From assembly GCA_965249725.1 (NCBI GenBank), contig CBDFMQ010000002.1, forward strand, positions 1 through 64,000: a stretch of 64,000 bases of DNA, read 5' to 3'. Below, piece by piece: positions 1 through 9,551 of this stretch. The position numbers and the translations under genes are program-made. This DNA comes from Longimicrobiales bacterium (GTDB lineage: Bacteria > Gemmatimonadota > Gemmatimonadetes > Longimicrobiales > Gaopeijiaceae). The notes under the pieces were generated by a model. That model was not told the DNA's origin, ran no database searches, and saw only the letters and a program-made list of their open reading frames with translations. The first letter of the stretch is position 1. Each line of letters begins with the position of its first letter.

Positions 1-224
1 TCGTCCGTACCGGGTACGGAGACGATGAAGCGTCGCGGGTGCCGGAGGGCGTCGTCGTCGTAGACGACATATTTGCGGCAGCGCGGTTCATTCTCGGGAC
101 GGAGGGGCGTTGACCCCCCCTTGGGCTCCCGGTAGCTTTTTGGCGTTTCAAGGAAGGCAATTCGCCGGCGATGAGAACGATCCGTGGGCGGTAGGGGTAA
201 GAGATCCCCAGGAGAAGAAATCTT

Positions 225-569
225 ATGGAAGGCATTGAAACACTGTTGAGCCTCACGCCGGATGCGGTGAGCAAGGTCCAGTCGTTCATTGAAGAGCAGG
301 GAGCCTCGGGAGAGGCCGGTCTGCGCGTCGCGGTTCTTCCCGGCGGGTGCTCGGGTTTTCAGTACGGCCTGAACATCGAGGACGCCCCGGAGAGCGACGA
401 CGAGATCTTCGACCTTTCCGGTGTGAAGATCTTCGTGGATCCGTTCAGTGTTCAGTACCTGAGCGGTGTCGAGATCGACTATGTAACCAGCATGATGGGA
501 TCGGGCTTCACGTTCACGAACCCGAATGCCTCCGGTGGATGCGGCTGCGGAAGTTCATTCACCGCCTAG
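225..569 (+). CDS. A-type Fe-S cluster carrier (HesB/IscA/ErpA family)
   Basis: GGCSGFQY and C-terminal CGCGSSF motifs; RBS GGAG upstream. Confidence 0.95.
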   Translation: MEGIETLLSLTPDAVSKVQSFIEEQGASGEAGLRVAVLPGGCSGFQYGLNIEDAPESDDEIFDLSGVKIFVDPFSVQYLSGVEIDYVTSMMGSGFTFTNPNASGGCGCGSSFTA

Positions 570-596
570 AGTTCCGAGCACGGATTCGGATGTACC

Positions 597-632
597 GGCT
601 CGTAGGTGAGATTCCTACGGGCCACTCTTTTT
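597..632 (+). terminator. Probable intrinsic terminator
   Basis: Stem GGCTCGTAGG/CCTACGGGCC followed by a T-rich tract, downstream of the iscA-like stop. Confidence 0.55.
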
Positions 633-651
633 GGGGTCATGCCTGAATACG

Positions 652-1302
652 ATGCGCTTTCAAGCCTTCACAGCCGGGAACTTCGCCGAGAACGGGTACG
701 TCGCGTGGTGTGAGACCACCGGCGAGTGCGTCGTCGTGGACCCCGGCGCCTGCGCCTCCCAGATGGTCGCCGCGATCGAGGCCGAGGGCAGTGACCTGGT
801 CGCGGTCCTGTTGACGCACGCCCATCTCGATCACGTAGAGGGTCTGGGCGTCATTCGGGATTTCGCGGACGTACCTACGTACCTGCACCCCGCCGACCGA
901 CCCCTCTTCGACGGCGTGCCGGCTCAAGCGGCCATGTTCGGCCTCCAGGCGCCGGCGTTGGATCCGCCCGAGGAGGAGTTCCAGGACGGGGACACCTACC
1001 GCTTCGGTGCATCGGCTTTTCAGGTCATTCACACACCCGGGCATTCGCCGGGCCACGTCATCCTCGTGGCCGCCGATGACGACCTGGCGATCGTCGGGGA
1101 CCTCGTCTTTGCGGGCTCGGTCGGGAGAACCGATCTTCCGGGTGGTGACTACCACGCTCTCTTCAACAGCATTCGCCGGCACGTCCTGACCATGTCCGAT
1201 GACACCCGACTCCTGACCGGCCATGGACCCCCGACCACCGTTGGGCACGAGCGTGTGGGCAACCCCTTTCTGACCCCGCACTACGGAGGGGAGCTGGCGT
1301 GA
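652..1302 (+). CDS. MBL-fold metallo-hydrolase (glyoxalase II-like)
   Basis: THAHLDH, TPGHSPGH, GDLVF and GHG motifs. Confidence 0.92.
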   Translation: MRFQAFTAGNFAENGYVAWCETTGECVVVDPGACASQMVAAIEAEGSDLVAVLLTHAHLDHVEGLGVIRDFADVPTYLHPADRPLFDGVPAQAAMFGLQAPALDPPEEEFQDGDTYRFGASAFQVIHTPGHSPGHVILVAADDDLAIVGDLVFAGSVGRTDLPGGDYHALFNSIRRHVLTMSDDTRLLTGHGPPTTVGHERVGNPFLTPHYGGELA

Positions 1303-1952
1303 CGCTTCCTGTTCCCGTGGCCGTGTTTGCGTCGGGCGGGGGAACGAATCTCCAGGCACTTCTGGATCACGAGGCGGGGAACGAGGCTTACCGGGTCGTG
1401 GCAGTCATCGCGGATCGCCCGGATGCCGGGGCGCTCGATCGGGCCAGGGAAGCCGGCCGGGACGCATCGGTGATCAACCCGAAGGATCGCTCCCAGGAAG
1501 AGATCGGGGACGAGATTCTCCGTCACCTCCGGGATCGCGACGTGCGGGTCATCGCACTGGCCGGGTATCTCAGACTGATCCCGGCGGCCGTTGTGGCGGC
1601 CTATCCCAGACGCATCCTCAACATCCATCCCGCGCTGCTTCCGGCGTTCGGTGGGAAGGGCATGTACGGGGCGCGGGTCCATCAGGCGGTTGTGGCCGAG
1701 GGGGCCAAGGTGACCGGAGCGACCGTCCATTATGTCGATGAGAAGTACGACACCGGAGCCATGGTAGCCCAGTGGCCCGTCCCGGTGCTCCCGGAAGACG
1801 ATGCCGATGCCGTCGCCGCACGCGTGCTCGAGGTCGAGCATCTTCTGTATCCCGCCGTGCTCGAACACGTGTGTCGAGCCGTAGCGGAGGGCAGGGATCC
1901 CGAGCCGTTCGCCCTGGCCTCCATCGATTCCCATATGCATGTTCAGGACTGA
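1299..1952 (+). CDS. purN: Phosphoribosylglycinamide formyltransferase
   Basis: ASGGGTNLQA, LAGYLRL, NIHPALLPAFGG, GATVHYV motifs; adjacent to purH. Confidence 0.96.
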   Translation: MTLPVPVAVFASGGGTNLQALLDHEAGNEAYRVVAVIADRPDAGALDRAREAGRDASVINPKDRSQEEIGDEILRHLRDRDVRVIALAGYLRLIPAAVVAAYPRRILNIHPALLPAFGGKGMYGARVHQAVVAEGAKVTGATVHYVDEKYDTGAMVAQWPVPVLPEDDADAVAARVLEVEHLLYPAVLEHVCRAVAEGRDPEPFALASIDSHMHVQD

Positions 1953-1991
1953 CAACGCAAGAGCAAGCGAATAGAGGAGAGCGAGCTAGAC

Positions 1992-3701
1992 ATGAAGCGA
2001 CGAGCGCTGCTTAGCGTGTCCGATAAATCCGGTATCGAATCTCTGGCCAGATCACTGGTCGATGCCGGGTGGGAGATCCTGTCGACCGGCGGCACCGCCG
2101 GTGCGGTGCGGGACGCCGGTCTGCCCGTGACCGAGGTAGCTGAGGTGACCGGTCATCCGGAGATGATGGAGGGGCGCGTGAAGACGCTGCATCCCGCCGT
2201 TCACGCTGGCCTGCTGGCCCGTCGCGATCGGCCGGATGACATGGCCGCCCTCGAGGAACAGGGATACGCACCCATCGACTTGGTGGCCGTGAACCTCTAC
2301 CCGTTCCGGGAGACCGTGGCTCGTGGTGACGTGCCGGTGGGCGAAGCCATGTCCAAGGTGGACATCGGCGGACCCACCATGATCCGCGCGGCCGCCAAGA
2401 GCCATGCAGACGTGCTCGTGATGGTGGATCCCTCGGACTACGACCGGGTGCTGAATGCTCTGGCGGAGGGCGACGCCGTGGACGGTGCCCTACGTCGAGA
2501 GCTCGCCGCCAAGGTCTTCCGGCACATCAGTGAGTATGACGCCACCGTGGCGACCTACCTGGAGGCGGGATCCGACGGAGCCGACGCCGGGACGGATGCC
2601 CGAGCGGAGGCCGGGCTGGAGGCCAAGGAGTCCGACGCCGGCCTACCCGATGCTCTGTCCCTGGATTTCGAGCTGGTGCAAGGCCTGCGGTACGGTGAGA
2701 ACCCCGGCCAGGATGCCGCCTTCTACCGGAAGCTTGGTGGGCAGGATGGCCTGGCTGGGCTCGAGCAACTCCACGGCAAGGATCTCTCCTACAACAACCT
2801 GCTGGATCTCGACGGCGCACTACTGTCTCTGGCTCCCTTCGCGTACTCTCCGCGGCCCGCCGTATGCATCGTCAAGCACACGACGCCGTGTGGGCTGGCC
2901 GTAGCGGGAACCGTGGTCGAGGCGTACGAACGTGCCCTGCGAACGGACGGCGTCAGCGCCTTCGGGTCGGTCATCGCGGTAAACCGGCGAATCGACACGG
3001 AAACGGCCCAAGCCATGTCAGGGTTGTTCATCGAATGCGTCGTGGCGCCGGCCTACGACGACGAGGCCATCGAAGTGCTGACGCAGAAGAAGAACGTACG
3101 GTTGCTGGTCTGCGGCGGAATCGGCGAGACGATCGAGGGCGAACCACCCGAGGACTGGTGGGGCAGGGCGCCCGAAGAGGTACGTCGAACCGGTCGCTTC
3201 CTAGCGGAGCACGGACGCCGACCTGAAGCTCTCGCCCTACGAAGCGTATACGGTGGAATGCTGACGCAGACACCACCACCACCACCGTTCTACGGGCTGA
3301 GCAACGTGGATTGGTCCGTCGCCACCGACAGGAGTCCGGACGAGGCCGAATGGGACGATCTCCGGTTCGCCTGGGCCGCCGTGTTCGGCGTGAAGTCCAA
3401 CGCGATCTTGTTTGCCAGCGGAGGAGCCACGTTGGGGATCGGCGCCGGTCAGATGAGCCGAGTGGATTCCTCGCGCATAGCCGTCCAGAAGGCGGCGGAT
3501 GCCGGCCTGGACCTGACCGGTGCCGTGCTGGCATCCGACGCGTTCTTCCCGTTCCGGGACGGTGTGGACGCTGCTGCGGAAGCCGGCGTGCGGGCCATCG
3601 TGCAGCCCGGGGGATCGATGCGGGACGATGAGGTCATCGAGGCCGCGAACGAACACGGTATGGCGATGGTGTTTACCGGGCAGCGGCTCTTCCGACATTA
3701 A
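1992..3701 (+). CDS. purH: Bifunctional AICAR transformylase/IMP cyclohydrolase
   Basis: [48 protein letters not shown] motifs. Confidence 0.97.
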   Translation: MKRRALLSVSDKSGIESLARSLVDAGWEILSTGGTAGAVRDAGLPVTEVAEVTGHPEMMEGRVKTLHPAVHAGLLARRDRPDDMAALEEQGYAPIDLVAVNLYPFRETVARGDVPVGEAMSKVDIGGPTMIRAAAKSHADVLVMVDPSDYDRVLNALAEGDAVDGALRRELAAKVFRHISEYDATVATYLEAGSDGADAGTDARAEAGLEAKESDAGLPDALSLDFELVQGLRYGENPGQDAAFYRKLGGQDGLAGLEQLHGKDLSYNNLLDLDGALLSLAPFAYSPRPAVCIVKHTTPCGLAVAGTVVEAYERALRTDGVSAFGSVIAVNRRIDTETAQAMSGLFIECVVAPAYDDEAIEVLTQKKNVRLLVCGGIGETIEGEPPEDWWGRAPEEVRRTGRFLAEHGRRPEALALRSVYGGMLTQTPPPPPFYGLSNVDWSVATDRSPDEAEWDDLRFAWAAVFGVKSNAILFASGGATLGIGAGQMSRVDSSRIAVQKAADAGLDLTGAVLASDAFFPFRDGVDAAAEAGVRAIVQPGGSMRDDEVIEAANEHGMAMVFTGQRLFRH

Positions 3702-3782
3702 TCAAGCCCTCGGTCGGATCACGCGCAGCCTCTTTACACGACGCGTGTGAATCCCTGAGGTTCTTCAAGCCAGAAGCTACCT

Positions 3783-3866
3783 GGAGGGGTGGCAGAGCGG
3801 TTCAATGCACCAGTCTTGAAAACTGGCGGGCGCAAGCCCACGCGGGTTCGAATCCCGCCCCCTCCG
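3783..3866 (+). tRNA. tRNA-Ser (anticodon TGA), CCA not encoded
   Basis: Acceptor stem GGAGGGG/CCCCTCC; anticodon stem CCAGT/ACTGG with loop CTTGAAA; long variable arm; T-loop GTTCGAATC; discriminator G. Confidence 0.96.
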
Positions 3867-4270
3867 CTACATAGATTTGTTCGCATTCGAGCCCGCGACA
3901 CTCAACTCATCTGGCCTCCGATGAACCCGGGGCGGTTCAAAGAGCGCCAGCGGGCTCGAGTCGAGCGGTCAGCCAAGCAGACCGCGCATGCGACCCTGCC
4001 GGTCTCCCGCGAGACGACGTCGCAAAGCGACGTCAATCCCGTCCCCTCCGGCTCAGAGTACCGTCCGAACGCAGTCAAACTAAGTTGAACAGCGCAGTTT
4101 AAGACAATATTGGAGCGGCAGGATTACGGATCGGGGAATCTCAGACGTGAAGATTGTCGGGGTATCTGTTGCGTCCGAGGTGGGATCGTGCCGATGATGG
4201 GGCGGTTGGTGAAGTACAACTTGACGAGCAACGTTCTCCAAGGGCTGCGGACCGGACCCAGGTGGAGAGG

Positions 4271-4777
4271 TCAGCCCCCGTCTCCGAGCAGCTCTCGCGC
4301 TTCATCTTCGGAAAGCCCCACCTCGGCCACGTCCTCACTGGTCTCGAGCAATTCTCGGTCCTCTGCCCTTCTGGCTAGGGCCAGCGAACCAGCAGCAGAG
4401 CCCGCGCCGGCCACCGCGAAGATGGGGCCCAGGCCCACCAGGTTCCATAAGAAAGCGGGGTCCTCTGCAAGGGCCACGGCCAAGACAAAGATCGCGGACA
4501 GCAGGAACCCCCCAGCGGCCCCCCACCCCGCAAAGCGTGGAAGGGACATCTGATCGAACCGGCGACGACCCTCAACAAGACCCAGGACCCCTGAGAAGGT
4601 GACGCCGGCAACAAAGCCGAAGGCACCAAACAAGAGGGGATAGGGGACGTCGGCGCCGGTACTACCAGTTACCAGCAGAAGCCCCAGCAGCATGATCATG
4701 CCCGCGCCGAACCATGCTGCTGCCCAGGTCAGGCCCGTCCCGATGGCGCCGCGGACGCGTCTCAGCCACTTCTTCAT
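4271..4777 (-). CDS. Hypothetical membrane protein (about 4 TM segments)
   Basis: Four hydrophobic Gly/Ala-rich segments; start MKKWLRR after a G-rich RBS. Confidence 0.75.
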   Translation of the reverse strand: MKKWLRRVRGAIGTGLTWAAAWFGAGMIMLLGLLLVTGSTGADVPYPLLFGAFGFVAGVTFSGVLGLVEGRRRFDQMSLPRFAGWGAAGGFLLSAIFVLAVALAEDPAFLWNLVGLGPIFAVAGAGSAAGSLALARRAEDRELLETSEDVAEVGLSEDEARELLGDGG

Positions 4778-4838
4778 TACCACCCCCCTCTGTACTTGGA
4801 CCTGCTGCAAGCGATGCCGCCGCCGATTCAGCTACAAG

Positions 4839-4857
4839 TACTTTACGTTACAAAGTA
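4839..4857. promoter_or_regulatory. Palindromic operator-like site
   Basis: TACTTT-N7-AAAGTA, AT-rich, about 60 bp upstream of the 4777 start. Confidence 0.5.
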
Positions 4858-4937
4858 GGCGCCAGGGAAGCGGGGGCCAAGAGGGCGGACCGACCAGGTC
4901 CGACGATGCCCTAGGTGCCCAGGACGAGAAGGCACCT

Positions 4938-5530
4938 CTACCGCTGCGGCGTGAACAGCGCACGCACAGCACGGGCGAGGCGGCGAGCGGTAGCGACCCG
5001 AGCGACCTGCCACCCGAGTCGCTGCCTGATCAGTTCGTAGGACTGCGATAGCCAGCTGTCGGGCGCGTACGTGACGTGGCTCACGACGGTCCGGACGAAG
5101 GTGCCCCTCAGCCAACGGTTCGCTCCGGCGGGGATCGATCCGTGACGAATGGGCCGGAGCCCCGACTGTGAGGAGCGTGGAGCGAGACCGGCGTAGCTGA
5201 CCAGGTGGCCCGGCGTGCGAAATCGCTTGATAGGCAATGTCTCGGTGGCGATGAGCAGTGCCCGGTAGGGACCGATGCCCGGGACGGTCTCGAGCAATGC
5301 TACGGCCGGGATCTCTCGGCCCACGTGCTCGACCCTACGATCGAGGGTTTTGATCATCGGTACGATTTGGTCGATGAGAGCTCCAGGGGCTGATACTGCT
5401 GGAGCAGATCATCGAGTCGATCCTCTTGCGTGTTCTTGATCCGGATGGGTCCGGCCACCAGCTGACCCGTATTGCTCACGATGGCGATCACCGAATACGT
5501 TGCGTGAGCATCGATTCCTGCGACAAACAT
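4938..5530 (-). pseudogene. IS110/IS1111-family transposase, internally deleted and frameshifted
   Basis: 50-aa N-terminus MFVAGIDAHATYSVIAIV (RuvC-like DEDD start, RBS AAGGAGG) joined out of frame at ~5380 to the C-terminal domain (TVPGIG, SYAGLAPRSSQSG, VATARRLAR). Confidence 0.9.
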
Positions 5531-5624
5531 GGCTGGCCTCCTTGGGTTGAGTGCCGCAGGCCTTTGAGCAAAGTTCAGCGTAACGCTCCGCTCGAGTGAG
5601 GTCAGCCCTTCGCCTTATAAGATC

Positions 5625-5644
5625 AGAATCGCAATCCGTTAGGC
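5625..5644 (+). repeat. attC right half (L' to R', core GTTAGGC), abutting the IS110 end
   Basis: AGAATCGCAATCCGTTAGGC is identical to 7774-7793 and homologous to the right arm of the full attC at 9552-9651. Confidence 0.8.
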
Positions 5645-5976
5645 TGCACAAAACGTTCAAGCGCATCGGAGACAAGATGAGGCCAAGGGGAAGAGTCCCA
5701 TGCATGACCGCCCTCTTGGGTGGAGTTATCGTGCTGCTAGGTGCTTGCCAAGTCGCACCCCCAGAAAGTACGACGGACCCGCATGTGGAGGGTGGGACGG
5801 ATGTGGAGCGGGGTCGATACGTGACCATCATCGGCGGCTGTAACGACTGTCATACGGATGGTTATCTCCAAGCGGAGGGGAATATCCCAGAGGATCAGTG
5901 GCTCCTCGGGTCACCCCTGGGGTGGCGCGGTCCTTGCGGAACCTGTCAACGACAATGGGACACTCTACGGGATTAA

Positions 5977-6984
5977 TTAGAGAGCAATGTCCTGTGTGGT
6001 GAGGGAAGGGATGGGAGGATTGATGAAGACGGCCTCCGGGAGCGGTTTGGGCTTCGGCACACCTCTGACGAAGCGTTCGGGATGAGCGGCCCATGCTTCG
6101 CGGAGCACGGATTTCCTGCCGGCAATGACCTGATCGGCGTTCCCGAAGTGGACCTGCTCGGGGGTTAGCATCGAGATGCCGCCATGGCGGTGCTCGGCAT
6201 TGTACCAGCGGAAGAACGATCGACAGAACGTCTTGGCTTGGCCCTGATCCCCGAACCGTCCGGGAAACGAGGGATGGTACTTCAAGGTTTTGAACTGAGC
6301 CTCGGAAAACGGGTTGTCATCCGACACCTGAGGCCGGCTCAACGAGCGGGTCACGCCGAGGTCAGCGAGAAGTTGAGCGGTGCATTGGCTCGTCATTGGA
6401 GCTCCCCGATCCGAGTGCAGGGTCAGGACCCGGGGCTGGACGCCATGCTTCAGGCAGCTCTGCTGGATCAACCGGCCGGCCAGGGCCGAGTTCTCCCGGT
6501 CCGCCACCATCCAGCCCACGACGTAGCGGCTGTAGATGTCCATGATGACGTAGAGGTAGTAATAGCTCCACTTCTTCGGCCCGAGCAGCCGCGTGATATC
6601 CCAGGACCACACCTGGTTCGGCGCCGTGGCCATCAACTCGGGCTTCTTGTACTCGGGATGGGTGCGCTGCGCCCGGCGTTCCTGAACCGGCACCTCGGAG
6701 GCCAGAACACGATACATCGTGCGTTCGCTGCACAGGTAGACCTCTTCGTCGAGCAGCGTGGCCACCACCTCGGCGGGTGAGCGGTCCACGAACCGCTCCG
6801 AACACAGCGTGTCGAAGACCTCGCCTCGTTCCGTCTCGCTCAATGCCCGGGCGGGCGTCGGGCGGGGCTGCTGTTGCCCGGTTGATGGGCCTCGACGACG
6901 GTACAACGTCGATCGGGAGACCTCGAGGGCCGCGCACGCCGGTTTTACACCGACGTGCTTAGCCAGCTCATCGGCCGCCTTCAA
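5977..6984 (-). CDS. IS3 transposase OrfB (DDE integrase core)
   Basis: WSWDIT, LHSDRG, DNPFSEAQFKTLK motifs. Confidence 0.95.
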   Translation of the reverse strand: MKAADELAKHVGVKPACAALEVSRSTLYRRRGPSTGQQQPRPTPARALSETERGEVFDTLCSERFVDRSPAEVVATLLDEEVYLCSERTMYRVLASEVPVQERRAQRTHPEYKKPELMATAPNQVWSWDITRLLGPKKWSYYYLYVIMDIYSRYVVGWMVADRENSALAGRLIQQSCLKHGVQPRVLTLHSDRGAPMTSQCTAQLLADLGVTRSLSRPQVSDDNPFSEAQFKTLKYHPSFPGRFGDQGQAKTFCRSFFRWYNAEHRHGGISMLTPEQVHFGNADQVIAGRKSVLREAWAAHPERFVRGVPKPKPLPEAVFINPPIPSLTTQDIAL

Positions 6985-7430
6985 GAGTTTGTCCCGTCGT
7001 CGAGGCTTATCCCCAGCAGCCCCGCAACTTTTCCCTGCACGTCGATGATCAGGTGTGCCTTCCTGAGCTCATTCTCGAGCCGTGCGTTTCGCCGCTCCAG
7101 CTTGCGTACCTTCTCATCCAGCGGATTTCGCTCCGGCTTGCGGCCGCGTTTCTTCGACAGGGCCTTCAGCGACCCGCTATGCGCCGCCTTGCGCCACGTC
7201 GTCAGGTGCGACGAGTACAGGCCCTCTCGCCGCAGGAGTTGACCCACCTCGCCGGGCTCGGTGCACCGGTCCGCTTCTTCGACGATCCGCAGCTTGTACG
7301 ACGGACTGAACCGCCGCCGTAGCGGCCTATCTACTACCTCTGGGTCCGCAGGAGCTGCCGCGCTTCGCTTGGCCTCCCCGGTTCCAGGGGCACTACCATT
7401 CTCTTCCATTCTCTCTCGCAGTCCCAACAT
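6981..7430 (-). CDS. IS3 transposase OrfA (HTH)
   Basis: RRRFSPSYKLRIV..LLRREGLYSSHL plus a coiled coil; overlaps OrfB in the -1 frame. Confidence 0.9.
   Translation of the reverse strand: MLGLRERMEENGSAPGTGEAKRSAAAPADPEVVDRPLRRRFSPSYKLRIVEEADRCTEPGEVGQLLRREGLYSSHLTTWRKAAHSGSLKALSKKRGRKPERNPLDEKVRKLERRNARLENELRKAHLIIDVQGKVAGLLGISLDDGTNS
7029..7035 (-). other. Putative -1 ribosomal frameshift heptamer G GGA AAA
   Basis: X XXY YYZ in OrfA phase; the -1 frame stays open into OrfB. Confidence 0.55.
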
Positions 7431-7773
7431 GTTCGTTTTCTCTGCCTTCGCCCTACTCTAATTCTTTGCGTGCTCCGTGTCTCACGTACGTTGGCAGAGA
7501 GGGTTGGGGCACTACCTATCCACCGAACCTCCGACTCTCGGTGCAGGGAATGGACGAGAATCAGTGGGTCGGAATGCTCCACACACGAACCGCTCTGCCA
7601 CCGATGCCCTGGATGAACACAAGCCAAATGGCCGAGCCGGACGCACGTGCTCTTTTCCGGTACATCGTTTCACTCGGGCCTGGAGGAGAGGCGATGCCTC
7701 CTGCTCTTCCCCCCGATGTCGAGCCGACGACACCGTATCTATCGTTGCTGCCCATCGTCCCAGGGAACTGATA

Positions 7774-7793
7774 AGAATCGCAATCCGTTAGGC
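7774..7793 (+). repeat. attC right half (core GTTAGGC), left arm missing
   Basis: Starts 2 nt after the cytochrome c stop; identical to 5625-5644. Confidence 0.8.
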
Positions 7794-7842
7794 ACCGTTA
7801 TCGTACGCGTGCTGCTCTGGAATCCTCACAAAAGGACCCAAT

Positions 7843-8199
7843 ATGTCATCTGCCGTATCCTGGAACCTTCGGGTGTCGATCAACGAGGGTCGCTTAGAAG
7901 ACTTTCGCGCTCTGATGCAAGAAATGGTCGCCTCCACCGAGGGTGAGGCTGGGGCCTTGGGCTACGAGTGGTTCCTTAGCGAGGACGGAGCTTCCTGTCA
8001 CATCAACGAGCGCTACACCGATTCAGACGCCGTGATGGCGCATCTGGGCAATTTCGGCGCGAACTTCGCCGAGCGCTTTCTTGGATGCGTCGCACCGACT
8101 TCAATCGATGTCTACGGTGACCCGTCAGATGAGGTCCGAGAGGCTCTCGCCGGCTTCGGCGCAGTGCATCACGGCCCGTTTGGAGGATTTAGTCGGTAG
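7843..8199 (+). CDS. ABM/dimeric alpha-beta barrel monooxygenase-like protein (gene cassette)
   Basis: EAGALGYEWF..INERYTDSDAVMAHL pattern; lies between core GTTAGGC and an attC. Confidence 0.8.
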   Translation: MSSAVSWNLRVSINEGRLEDFRALMQEMVASTEGEAGALGYEWFLSEDGASCHINERYTDSDAVMAHLGNFGANFAERFLGCVAPTSIDVYGDPSDEVREALAGFGAVHHGPFGGFSR

Positions 8200-8215
8200 G
8201 GTCCGCTTGTCGGGC

Positions 8216-9542
8216 TGAGCGGTAAAGGACCTGGGTGACAGTTAAGTAAAGAGACCTAGGTAACAGTTCTGCGTCCTTTGCAAGTACCTCCAGTTCGTCT
8301 TTGCCCTCGTCCGAGGGAGTCGAAGATGAGGCGTTTGGGTTCAACAAAGCGTCCTAGCCAGATGGGACCGAAGTAGACCTCAAAGAGGCCGTGGTCAATC
8401 TCTTCGAGTCCGACTTCATGTCCGGCGAAGAGTCGACCGACAGGGACGCGGTCACCGTACCATCGGATGCCACCGTTCGAGCTGACGAGCCGGGTCTCGA
8501 AGTGGCCTGGATACGTGACCGGCTCGAGTTGATTGGGGAAGGGTCGAGGTGAGGGTCGGTAGTGGTCGGCGGGCACGTTACCGCCTAACGCCTCATGCGG
8601 TCTTATCTCGTTGTAGAGCTTCCTGAACTCCCGGAACGCACGCTGCTGGGTTCGCATGTTGGAGCTCGGAGGGCGGGTGGTACGCCTCTTCAGCACCAGA
8701 TGCATGTTCTCGTGCTTGCCGTTTTGCTGCGGGCAGCCAGGCTCGATGAGCTCAGGCACGATCCCCACCTGAATGAACCACACCGACAGCCGAGATAGAC
8801 GGCCGAGTGCGTTCGAAGCAAACGGAGTGCCGTTGTCCGTACGGATCCGTTCGGGCAGGCCGAATCGGCGAAATAGCCTTCTAAACACGGGGATCACGCC
8901 GTCGATCGTCACATCGGGACGACCCCGACACTCTAGGACGAACCTCGAATGCATGTCCTGTACGGTGAGCGGGTAGCACAGCTCCCCGTTGCCCATCGGG
9001 AACTCACCCTTGAAGTCGGCCGTCCACGTTCCGTTCGGCTCCGAGGCGTCCGTATCGGGTCGACCCGGATGCCACCGGCGCACCCGCCGTCGACGCCTCG
9101 GCACCAGATCGTGACGTACCAAGATGTTGTGCATCGTCTGTCGTGAGGGCAGCACTAGCTCCGGCCGATGCGTCTCCAGGTACCACCGGATCTTCTTTGG
9201 CCCGAAGTCCTCGTACTTACGTCGCACTTCGAGAATCGCCTCGACTACCTCACGCGGTGTAGCCCATGGGCAATGGTTGGGGCGACTCGCTCGACTCTCC
9301 AAACCCGCTGGCCCACTCCGTCGCCATCGATCCATCCACTTATAGCCAGTCTTGCGACTGATCCCGTATCGATCGCACACCGCAGCAAAGCTCCGGACGC
9401 TGCGATGGGCTTCCTCGATGAACCGCTTCTTCTCTTCCATGACATGAATCTCCGCGAACGGCATCGACCTCCTCCTGTTGGAGGGGCCGACTGTAACCCA
9501 TGTCCCTTTACTTAAGTGTGTACCATGTCTCTTTACCGGACC
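8216..9542 (-). mobile_element. IS481-family insertion sequence
   Basis: Long imperfect IRs, each with two GTAAAG..GACMTRGG..ACA repeats; imperfect 5-bp flanking duplication CGGGC/CGGTC. Confidence 0.85.
8256..9464 (-). CDS. IS481-family transposase
   Basis: GISRKTGYKW HTH, WTADFKG, IRTDNGTPF, PQQNGKHE; RBS AGGAGG. Confidence 0.95.
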   Translation of the reverse strand: MPFAEIHVMEEKKRFIEEAHRSVRSFAAVCDRYGISRKTGYKWMDRWRRSGPAGLESRASRPNHCPWATPREVVEAILEVRRKYEDFGPKKIRWYLETHRPELVLPSRQTMHNILVRHDLVPRRRRRVRRWHPGRPDTDASEPNGTWTADFKGEFPMGNGELCYPLTVQDMHSRFVLECRGRPDVTIDGVIPVFRRLFRRFGLPERIRTDNGTPFASNALGRLSRLSVWFIQVGIVPELIEPGCPQQNGKHENMHLVLKRRTTRPPSSNMRTQQRAFREFRKLYNEIRPHEALGGNVPADHYRPSPRPFPNQLEPVTYPGHFETRLVSSNGGIRWYGDRVPVGRLFAGHEVGLEEIDHGLFEVYFGPIWLGRFVEPKRLIFDSLGRGQRRTGGTCKGRRTVT

Positions 9543-9551
9543 CGGTCGGCC

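Larger units (their letters stand above)
5937..7503 (-). mobile_element. IS3-family insertion sequence
   Basis: IRs TGTCAACGACAATGGGACAC (5944) and TGCCAACGTACGTGAGACAC (rc, ending 7496); 7 extra nt outside each IR; TTG duplicated at 5934-5936 and 7504-7506. Confidence 0.92.
5677..7771 (+). pseudogene. Cytochrome c lipoprotein cassette gene interrupted by an IS3-family element
   Basis: Lipobox LLGAC and heme motif CNDCH; removing 5937-7506 restores a 174-aa ORF reading GWRGPWGTTYPPNLRL...MPW. Confidence 0.88.

Noticed and set aside
3789..4088. 99-aa ORF
   Set aside because: Overlaps tRNA-Ser; spurious
4141..4260. Possible leucine-rich-repeat remnant (LVKLYFTNRPIIGTIPP, minus strand)
   Set aside because: Single weak match with no start codon or repeat
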